DNA from: Spironucleus salmonicida
Taxonomy: Eukaryota
Direction: 5' to 3'
NCBI RefSeq assembly: GCF_000497125.1
Contig: NC_090602.1
Coordinates: 930,001 to 994,000, forward strand
DNA length: 64,000 nt
The notes beneath the pieces were generated by a model. The model saw nothing but the letters and a program-made list of their open reading frames with translations, did not search any database and was not told the DNA's origin. Numbering within the stretch: position 1 is the first letter of the stretch; every line of letters begins with the position of its first letter. This document shows, piece after piece, positions 37,901 through 48,092 of the stretch. The position numbers were made by a program, and so were the translations under genes.

Positions 37901-40220
37901 TATTTAACAATGTAACATCAACTAAATGTTAAGTTTGGCAAACTTTTTAGACTTATCAGGAATGCTAACCTTTATTGAGTTCACTATGAAGTCTAATGAC
38001 TTCGATACAATTTTCTTACGCAATTTATTAAGTTTATTAACTGAAAAATTCTCGTAAAACGAATTTATCTAGATAATTATTTTTATTGTAAATAATATAC
38101 CTAGATAAGTAGAATATATTAAGGAGATTGACATTATTATTCCAGAAATTCTTTCTGTTTTAATCCTTATCTTAAGTAAGGAAAGTAGAAACTTTAATTT
38201 TGTTAAAGAAATTGCCCAGGAAATGGAAAGTTCAACTATTTATGGGTCGATTTCGGTTGTACTTGGTTATCTATTTGATATAGTACCAGTAATGGAATTA
38301 TTAGTTGAAGAAAATGACCAATACTTACCTAAATCTCTTTTAGACGCTGCTATGGGCGAAGATGATAAGATTATCAAAAATGCAATTGAATATGCTGAAA
38401 TTATGCTCAAATACGTTCAAACTGAATAAAATGAAGTATAGACATTTTTCTCATAAAGCTTAAGTGTTTCCCCTATTGAATTTTTACTATAAATAGTTTT
38501 ATTGGTCCCTGAAGGATTAGAAAATATTTTAATTCAACTTAATCATCAGATAACCGAGATGACAGTTTTAAGTAAGATAATCCGTGAAGTATATGAAAAT
38601 AATAAAGATATCTTAGTAATTTAAAAAGCCTTTATGATTCTCAACCTATCAGTCTAGAGCAAAGATGATGTTGACGTGTTTTACGAAGTTTTCATCGATA
38701 TAAAAGATATCATAAATTAATTTAACATAGAACATTGCGTCATTACCTTTATCGTGTCCATCTTAGAAAAATCAACAATAGCGAATACTAAAATGATCGA
38801 AATCGCTGAATTTTTCATTTAGACCTATTCCTCTGTACTGGATTCTACCGATTTAGAGCTTGTAGACCTAGTTCTTTACGGCTTGACATTCTTACCAGGC
38901 ATTCTCAAGGTCAAACTGGTCCCATTTTTACAATCTTTAGTGGAAAAATTAATTACTCTCAAAACAATTTAATAACTTTAATCAATGATTCTGGAATTAA
39001 CATAGCAACTGATATAATACGCAATTAAGTACTCCACCTTCTTATTAGCCAAATACTTCACCATTTTGATCGAGTTTGGCCCAGATCAGCTAACTGAGAA
39101 CTCTCCAGTCTACGGCGAGTTCAACTTCGTCCCTGAGCCCGAGCAAACTGATGAATATCGCGCCAAAATCGCGAATCTCGAGGTCCTGCAACTAATTTGT
39201 CAGCAAATTCAGCTCCAGGTGCCGTTCCGAGTGTTCAGTGCGTTTCTGAAGCAGTTTCTGCCTCAAATTCTGCTCCAGCCGGCCTCCATTACCCAGTTTT
39301 GCTACCTGCTCTTTTTCTCGCTTAAAATGTACAATAACAGCACCAAGAGCGTCACCGAGATCTGCAGCCTCTTCACGGCGATAATGGCGCTCGGCGATTA
39401 CCGGCTCAATTCAGTGCTCGCGAGCGTCGTCAGCTTCTACGTTTCAGCGCTGACGCCGAACGAGCTGAGCGAGTTTCTGGCAGAAATGCTCAATTTCGGT
39501 ACCCAGGACGCGGATACGTCTTCTGTACCTCTCTTTGAGGCCAAAACCGCTGCGCTGTCGCGGCCGAATTTCGCGAATTTGGTGCCGCTTTTGCAGCTCT
39601 TCGCAGGCGTAGCGACGACGAAATCGAACTAGTTTTACGCGTTCGTGGCGGGCGCGATCCGTGATCTCACAGCACAGCTCCTGAACGCGACCGCGGAGCC
39701 TTCTGACCTGATCCCATAATTCGACTCCACTGTCTCAGCGTTCCAGACGCCGTTCTACGTCTTCACGACGCGCTTTGGTGCCGACACACCGCAGAGCGCT
39801 TAGCGCAACCTAGGATACGCGTTCCTACGCTTTATGGCTGAGCTCTTCCATTCCGCACCTTACGTCCTGGACGAGTTCGTCGTCCTGAGCGTCGTGGAGT
39901 GCGCTGTCGCGATGCGGCAGCCGGGCGAGGCGGAGCGCTTCGAGCTAGAGGCGTACGCGAAGCTCGTGCGGCTGCAGCGCAGCCAGGTCAACTTCGAGGC
40001 CACACTGTGCGCGATCGCGCGCAGCCTCGCTGAGACTGGTAACTTCGCTGTGCTCGAGGTCGTGGCGCGCGAGGCCGGTGAGCTTTTCGCTGGCGCCGCT
40101 GCGGATGTCGCTGAGCTCGTGAACGAGGCTGCGGAGAGCGTCGTGGGCGAGGCCGCCGCGCGGCGCGTCGTATACGCGATCGAGGAGGGTACTAAGCGCA
40201 CTTTCCGGAGCTTCCTGTGA
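34902..40220 (+). CDS. UTP10: U3 snoRNA-associated protein 10 / HEATR1 (BP28), 1772 aa
   Basis: N-terminus MSTQLTTQLKGL…SILF…LF…S..YDR…NDLLDKQIDQFL…YF…AVKSLEFLLRRFRI…FLPYHE matches the UTP10 N-terminal signature; helical/HEAT-like body; fragments 38223, 39066 and 39834 are in frame. Confidence 0.92.
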
Positions 40221-40247
40221 GGTTTTTTGATTCAGTGAAAATTAGGT

Positions 40248-41234
40248 TCAGAAGGCTACCTGGGGCGCCAGTATGCTTTGTGGTGCATTCACGACTGCCC
40301 TACGCTTCTTGATTGCGTAGAACGTGGCCAGTAGCACCGCTGCAAATGCTACGATAATAGCGAGGCTGATTCCTACAATGGCACCGCTGGAGAGCATATT
40401 TTGGGATATGACGTCCATCGTGAGATGCTTAGCTAGGTCGGTCTACACGAACGTCTGGTTACTGTTGTATCCTGAATGTAGTGACTAGGTTTCGATCTTT
40501 ACTATGCGGCCCTCCTCGTTCATGGTTTTGAGTCCGTAGAGGTCCTGCAGATAGACGTCGGTGTGCTCCATATCCACAATTTCAGTGCTGCTGCCGTTCT
40601 TGAAGAAGCCGAGGAACGAGCTCTGCCAGGGGCGTATGATCTCGTCTTTGGGCGAGGCAAACATAACCAATTTGTCTATCGACATAAAATTGGTTTTTAC
40701 TTGCTGGCTGAATTCTCGCTCGTTGTTGATCACCGGGAGCGCGAGGGCACCCTTTACGTATTTATCGTACGCGGTCGGATCTCGCCAATAATTAGTAGGA
40801 GCTAATGTATTTTAAATACCTTCAAGGTAGATAAGATTAGGTGAAATCGCAGTCAATCCCAAAGTGCAGTCTTCCTTACCTTTACAGAAATAGCCAGCAA
40901 GTGGACTAGCGAGAGTAATAAGTCTAAGCATTTTCACAGAGTTGTGCGACAACATTTGAAGATAATATCTCATTATCATTCCACCTTGAGAATGACCTAC
41001 ACCTATAAACCCATTCTATGTCTCTTTGTGACTCTTAATACATAGAGCTAATTATTCAGCCTACCAAGAAATTGGCTTATTAATAGAGTTTTATGCACCA
41101 TTTCCAACTTCACAATTAAAAACTATGAAGTCTTTTTCCTGCAGCCACTTTTATATCAACGACATTGATGATTTATTAGTTGTAGCACCATGCATCAATA
41201 CAATTGGAGGTTGAATAGTAAGTAAAATGATCAT
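40248..41234 (-). CDS. Palmitoyl-protein thioesterase (PPT1/PPT2 family) with C-terminal transmembrane anchor, 328 aa
   Basis: PIVLMHG oxyanion motif, nucleophile GHSQGG, SPKDEIIRPWQSSFLGFF, YLQDLYGLKTM, candidate catalytic His (QSLHSG), then LSSGAIVGISLAIIVAFAAVLLATFYAIKKRR. Confidence 0.92.
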
Positions 41235-41576
41235 TTGAAATGAAAAGAAATATAGGATTCTATAAAGGTAACACTATTTAGTATAGTTGTTATTAGCTTT
41301 ATTTTTGAAATAAAAATTATTTCCTACTATACTTTTTATTTTGTTTTTAATTTTTAAATACTCTAAGATTAGTTATCAGTAATCTTAGTTATTATTATAT
41401 AGTAATACAGTAAAACTTAGTAAAATCAACTAAAATCTAATTCTAATTAATATTAAAATTATAAAATATACTAATAAGTTTATTTTTAAACTTCACTACA
41501 AAATTTACTAATAGAAATACAAATATATCAGTATTCTATTTGAAACATTCGTAATTAATATTTTTGCTAAAATATA

Positions 41577-43079
41577 TCAGTGATTTTATGTTCTCCCCTA
41601 CTTACGTTTCTTCTAGTTCTTAATAACCTATATTGAGATAACTATACCAATGATTGATATATAGCAGCTTAAAGCCAAAAATCCGGCTCCAAACGAGCAA
41701 GCAATGATCAAAGTGTAGTCGAACCGTATTCGCCTGACATCATCCACTACAATTTGGTACGAGTTCCATCCCAGTTCCATCGTCAGAATGTACTCATCGT
41801 GCGCAAAGAACGAAGGATGCGTGGATGAAAATTCTATCCTGACCAGACCACTGTTAAACTCAGCCTCCAGGAGCAGCTACTCATTAGCGTTGTTCTTGAT
41901 CAAAAACACTGCGTCCCCGAAGTCGCACTTACCATTCTGAAACAAAGTCAACCTGAGCCACCGCGTGTTGTGGACAGTGCCGGCAGCCTTCGTCCAGCAG
42001 GTCGATATTGCCTGCGGGGTTATCTTGTAGAGGGACTTCAGGGAACCATCAGCGTCCTCTGACAGCACGTCGACGTTGATATCATCGAACTTCTGTCCTC
42101 TTACAAGCTACGAGCATATGCTTATAGTCTCTAGATTTTGCTGGTCACATCTAATTTCCAAGGTCTGCCCTTGTGTAATAGCTTAATCGTATATCAGTGA
42201 GAACTGATGAACAGTATTATTAAGCAATATTCCAAGTTTCACTGTTGTCAGATAGCCAATAGTGCTAAGATATTGGGGATACAGGGTTTTGTTATATTCA
42301 AAATTAAGGTAAAATTTATTATTCCAAAATCCTACTGTAGCATTTGTGAAGAAATCAACGGTAGTTTACAGATTAATCTTACCTATATTTTATTAAAAAT
42401 TTATTGAATCTCCACTTTAGCTGCTTACAAATACAAGCTCGCCATACAGAAAAGGTGTTGATACTATTAACTATTAGACATTCATATTGAATGTTAGGGT
42501 CTATTAACTTACATTATAGTCGAATCCTGCTAAATCAAGATCCCCAAGGAACCCATTAAGGTTGAACTGAATTTTTGTAAGAAAATTATCTACACCTGGT
42601 GCCTCTAATGTCATTTAGTTAGCACATATACCAGTGGGGTTCACAGTTACAGTAATACTGTCTCGGGATACTTATGCCCGCGAGTCTCTTTAATAGCATA
42701 ATTGAAGATTTGATCTTTGCAGCAAAAAATCTCGCATTTTGATGGTAATTATGTGACCATAGGTGTAGATATCAAGTTAAGATATATGAACTTAAGTAAG
42801 TGTTACTCCGGTAGGAAGCACTGCGAGAAACCTAATAGTTTTAGTATTTTCATAAGAAAAATCATCTAATGTCTATACAGCCATTGGAACTGTTGAACCA
42901 AGGGGACTATTTATCGTTAAGTTTACTTGAACCCCTGGAGGCATTACATCGCATAGTGGGTTATTTAAGGATATTAGGGTCACAGCATACTAATTAGAAT
43001 TAGTAAAATACTATACTAACGATAAGTCAGAATAACAGTCGTCAAGCAAAGTTTAAAAAAACTATAACACGATAATCAT
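41577..43079 (-). CDS. Hypothetical type I transmembrane surface protein, 500 aa
   Basis: Short hydrophobic N-terminus, scattered CY/CW pairs, C-terminal TM (YTLIIACSFGAGFLALSCYISIIGIVISI) and basic tail KNQKKRKQGR; includes track fragment 41877-42068 in frame. Confidence 0.8.
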
Positions 43080-43594
43080 TTTAAAAACCTAAATTTATTT
43101 GAATATAATAGTACTAATTATATAAATATTCAGTTGAAGAATTATTTTACATACTTATGATTATATAGACTCTATTATATAATATTTTTTTAGTCATTCA
43201 AAAGTAAATATAATTTATATTATTAGTGTTAAGTATTAATTTAGTATTGAGTAAAACTAGTATATCGGGTAATAAGATAAAATATTTGATAAGTTTATAA
43301 TATTTGTTTAATTTAATTTTATATATCATTAAATAAATGGTATTATATATTATGAAATACTTTACAGTTTAATATCAAATTATTAATTCTATCTAATAAT
43401 ATAGTATTAAGGTTTTAACTTAAAACTCAATAATAATTGTATCAAGAGTATTGTAAAGGGATAGAAAAATGTAACTCAATAATTTATTTTATTTTATATA
43501 TAAGAAATTATATAACAAGTAACATTCTTAAATATTTTATCGAGTCATAAATCTATTAACCTTGCATCAAATCTACCACTTTAAATTCCTAGAA

Positions 43595-43768
43595 ATGAAG
43601 CTGGAATCAGCCCCACCTGCTGGCGCAAAGCCTGTCATTATGAGTGCATAGGAATTATTGAAATAAGAATAACTTGCAGCGAATGAACTCATGGAGTAAG
43701 AATTACTCCAGAATGGCGTGGATGCTGAGACGATGAAGCTCAACTCTATCGTGGACGAGTGGAAGTGA
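43595..43768 (+). CDS. Microprotein, 57 aa
   Basis: MKLESAPPAGAKPVIMSAQELLKQEQLAANELMEQELLQNGVDAETMKLNSIVDEWK; C-rich leader, coding-like GC against an AT-rich upstream flank, AAG TGA stop. Confidence 0.65.
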
Positions 43769-43788
43769 TGGTTTTTAATATCATTCGC

Positions 43789-45255
43789 TCATTTTATGTC
43801 ATTCAACTCTGTGCTACTGTTAGGTTGGCTGCCTAATTGGCTCGCCTGCTCGAGGTCCTCTTCCTCTGCGAGCTGGCCACAGAATTCTTCAATGTAAACG
43901 TCAATCGCCTAATGAGGCAGAAAGCGATTTTAGAAGTTGCATTGGAAGTAGTAGAATGGCGAGTAGTAGAAGAAGTTGGACGCCGAGCAAGTGTAGAGAT
44001 CAGTACGGACCGCTATGTGGTTACCCAGTTTGGTCAGGGCCCATGACGTATGGTACTTCGACCCAAAGACCCCAAACTTATCCATCAGCTCTTTCTGAAG
44101 CACCTCTATGCGGCTCTAAATTTTTTTGAGCTCGTCTGATTTATTCTCGTGAGATAGTTGATACATGGCCTAAATCTCTCGTTGCCTTATCTCCATCTCG
44201 GTGATCTTCTGCTTCAGCTTCCTATTATCGAGCATTGCGTTAATTTCGTTGAACAGTGATGGGAGTATCGCACAGTGACGCCACTTGCCCTGTTTGTAAA
44301 AGTCATCGGACTGAATTAGCAGGTCGCAGCAGTACATAGTTTCCTTTGCTCTGAAACCCGTGTACTGCTCGAACAGGTAAATATTTCCTCCAGAATAGAT
44401 CCTGTGAGGGTCCAGCGTATCTCCCACACCACCTAAAAATCTGTGAGGGTCCATGCGGCGGAAGATGCCCTTGTCGGTGTAGAATTTCTGGATAGAAGTA
44501 TCAAGTAAGATGTACTGGAATATTTGCTTATAATCCCCGAAAATGTAAGCGAGCACGAAGTCGGAATATGCGTAAGAATTCTAAGAAAGGATAAAGAGCT
44601 TTTTTGACTGCTTTAACCTGTCAATCGCCTGGTTAATTTTCTTTGGCTTCACCAGATACTCCTATGGGCTCGATCTGATCTTGTCTAGGAGCTCTGACCT
44701 GGCTCCGACAATCCGATTGAACGCCGATTCCACATCGCTCCATAGAACACTCGGCATAAACCCCTGGGCATCAGAGAGCTGCTGTTTTTCCTACTCGAAC
44801 AGAGGATCACATACTGTCTAAAAATTATCCGTAAAAACTTACACAAGGTCCATAAATAACATTGTTAATACATTAGCAAAAGTTTAATCCTATGTATAAA
44901 ACCTGTCACATAGTTTTATAGATCTATCAGGATACAACTGCGTATATTCCTCTTTATCTAATTTGGTCCGGCCTTTTAAGCACGATGTTATATTACAAAA
45001 CTCATCGATTTAAAGTGCTGTTCCAAATTATTTATCTATAACATAAGCGGCTGATGTAAAATGTGGAGTGAATGAAACTTAGTCAAGTATATTTCTAGGA
45101 TATGAATTATCTTTGATTAACTTTTCTTTTGTAAGCTCATAAATTAATGACAAAAATTTAGATTTATATGAAACTAGTACATGGTCAATTGAAAATCCAA
45201 TGAAGTGGATTCTAGAAAGGTCAACTGGTTTTGATGCAAAAATAGTTTTATGCAT
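43789..45255 (-). CDS. Cytosolic purine 5'-nucleotidase (cN-II/NT5C2, HAD IG) homolog with degenerate active site, 488 aa
   Basis: IFASKPVDLSRIHFIGFSIDHVLVSYKS…LIYELTKEKL, KLFILSQNSYAYSDFVLAYIF, IYSGGN, WRHCAILPSL and DLYTCSASNFFYYSPFYYF…LPHQ follow the NT5C2 motif order. Confidence 0.88.
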
Positions 45256-45317
45256 GATTTAGGAGTGAAATACTGTTAATTTATATATAATATATAATAT
45301 ATAAATAAATAGAGTTA
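45256..45317. promoter_or_regulatory. 62-bp bidirectional promoter
   Basis: Divergent ATGs at 45255 (-) and 45318 (+); TTATATATAATATATAATAT core; TTTCACTCCT before the - strand ATG. Confidence 0.6.
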
Positions 45318-45983
45318 ATGGAACTAGATTATATTGATACATCTATTACACCTACCGCAAAGGAGATGTAGGATTATTAAACTCTACTCATTTAATTTAA
45401 TTAGTAAGAATAAGAACTGAAATTTCTTCGAGATGAAACAAAAAGATTTAAAATATTAAATGCCAAAAGGACAAAAGAGACATAATTATTTAAATAATAG
45501 TTAAAATATTATCAGTTGCAGAATGAAAGTAAGTCTTATACTTCAATTTGTATATAGACTGATTTTTAATAGTGTTAATCAGAAGCAAGTCGTTTTACTT
45601 TAGATTATTCGTCCTCTTAGAATGGTGATAAACTAATCGATTTTCAATCTTTATATTTGTAAATTAAATAAGAAAACACGCATCTAAAAGAGGAAATATT
45701 AACAATGTCTGAAAGAACTTAAATCGAGACACCAGAAATTTCTCGATCAAAATCAACTTAAAGATAACTTTTTAATATAGATTTAATTGACGAGGTACGT
45801 AAGGTATATTCTGTTTTTAGAGCATATGAGCTTTAAGAGATAAAACTCAATTTGTCTGCGTTTAAAGGATAATGTGTTCGTAATATTAATGCTTTTAAGC
45901 TATAAGGATTATACAAGAGAATGTAAGTTTAATGTTGTTAGTTAATTTTATAGGAAATTGCGGTAATGGGAGTGAAATAATGA
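45318..45983 (+). CDS. Hypothetical coiled-coil protein, 221 aa
   Basis: Open under table 6 (MELDYIDTSITPTAKEMQDYQTLLIQFNQQEQELKFLRDETKRFK…), TAA TGA end. Confidence 0.75.
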
Positions 45984-46077
45984 TTTAAAAACCAGTTAAA
46001 ACGTTTTTTAGTGTTTAGTTGTAAATTTTAATTCAAATAAAATAAACTTATGAAATAGTGATAAATTTATGCACAAT

Positions 46078-46275
46078 TCACTCATTCTTGCTATTCAAAC
46101 TAATCGCTTTTAACGGTTCTAGTAAATTTATTATTGAATCATCGTTAAAAAGAATCACCTAGTTAAATGGTCGAATTTGATTAGCTTCATTATCGGCAAA
46201 GCTTATATTTTATACTAGTTTTCTATATTGATAAGCTTAAACATGTTGATATTTTTTTGTTAGTAGCATCTTCAT
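46078..46275 (-). CDS. Possible microprotein, 65 aa
   Basis: AAAAAATG start, open to GAG TGA (MKMLLTKKYQHVQAYQYRKLVQNISFADNE…); short and AT-rich, so weak. Confidence 0.4.
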
Positions 46276-46931
46276 TTTTTACAGGTTGCCAAAGATAGAA
46301 ATTTCAGATGTTAATAATAAATACAATAAAAATTAAAATATTAGTGTATGTTTATTACTTAAATTAATAATTATTGAGGTCCGTAACTTAGGAAATTAAT
46401 AGCCATTATTTATTAAGTAAAAATAAGTATGTTTTTATGTTGTTCTCAATTTATTCTACCTAAATATGCAAAAGAAAAATTGAAGATGTTGATATATTAA
46501 TACATGAAAGTTTATTCTGCGTTTGGTAAGAGACAAACTTTAATACTTAATATAAATGATATTTAATATTGAATCAAATAAATCACTCTAATAATATATA
46601 GCATATATATTTTGGTTTACGAAATAGTATCTAAGCTAGAGTATAAGTCTCATCAGTGAATTCATAATATGTTTTGCATTATAATTGTAAAAATTAATAT
46701 GAAAGATTAATAATTGTTTACTTAAATTATTTTTCTTATGAGATATTTTAATGATGACACTTTTAAATAAGTAAAATAATTTGAATAGAAATCTTTTTCT
46801 CCATTTTTAAAATTTTAAGCAATAAATAATTACTCATGAGGTCTAATATTTTTTATAACGCTGTTTGAACATTATTAGAGAAATAATTACTAATTATATA
46901 TATAAAAATACTAATAACTTCCTTTCCTTGA

Positions 46932-47348
46932 ATGAAATCAACAACATTTTACGCTCATACATTCTCTCCTGCACATCTCTCTAAACACGGGAGACTTGAT
47001 TCATTCAAATAGTATTATTCTTAAGGTAAAGTGAAGTCATTCACCAATGAAAGAATTATATTTTAACTTCTCGATTTAACAAAGACTGTCGAAATTTGGC
47101 GTATAGCAGCAATATAGTTTCAGCTAGTTGAAACAAGTATAAAATTGATAGGGTTTGAAGCATTTCGCTCTTTCATAAATTAGGAGGAGTTGATCTCCTG
47201 GAGGTAGCAAATGCCATTTTAGTTCACACGCGAGCCACTAAATTTAGAGCTTGTCAAAGGCGATGATGTTATTTTTCGTGTGTGCGAATATATTGTAGAT
47301 GGGTAGTTTTTTAGGGCAGTTTGTTTAGCTGATGTTGGAGCTTAATGA
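46932..47348 (+). CDS. RNA polymerase stalk subunit of the RPA43/RPB7/RPC25 family, most like Pol I A43, 138 aa
   Basis: C-rich leader CTTCCTTTCCTTG; FSPAHL N-terminal motif; TVEIWR…SIKLIGFEAFRSFINQEELISW resembles A43 VWQP…HIGLLIHDAFNASI…W; LVKGDDVIFRV looks like an OB-fold end. Confidence 0.5.
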
Positions 47349-48092
47349 AAATACCCGATACTTCAGTAGTAGAGACTTAATATTAGAGCATGTATATTAT
47401 AAAACATTACATTTGTTATTTGTTATAATATAAATTGAGTTACTTTTTTAATTTGTTTATAAAATTAAAGATGAGATTTAGTTGATAATATAAAAATATA
47501 ATATAGCATTTATAATCAATTTTTTGAAATAAATATAGTTTAATTAGATTATTAATATATAGATATAAATAAATTTGATTGCTTGCGATATTAAAAAGTA
47601 AGTTATGGAAAAAATATATAGTTAAGTTCCATATGAAATTAAACTATTTACATAAATTAATATAAAATCACTACTATTTATATAGAGATGTTCAACATTA
47701 CGATTGTCTAAATATTAAATATTCATTATAAAATTTCAGTTATTTAAACTTTATCTACTAAAACATATAATTAATCTAATTTTATGATAACCATATTTGT
47801 TAGTTTCAGAGAGTTATTTAGTAGATGTTCGTATATTTTTAAGTTCAACAATGGTTTCTAATAATGAATCCTTGAAATTTCATATTTGTTAAATTTGAAT
47901 AAAGCAAAAAATGAGTTTTGATTATAGGATGATATTTTATAATTTATTTTGGTTTTTATAAATAAGTAACTCGATGTTTTCAAGATTGTGCTAAATTTAT
48001 AATTATTGTTTGATATAATCTCTCTATTTATGGGAATATGAATATAGTAAAAATATATAATAACACTTAATATTTATACCTTTCCTTTAAAT

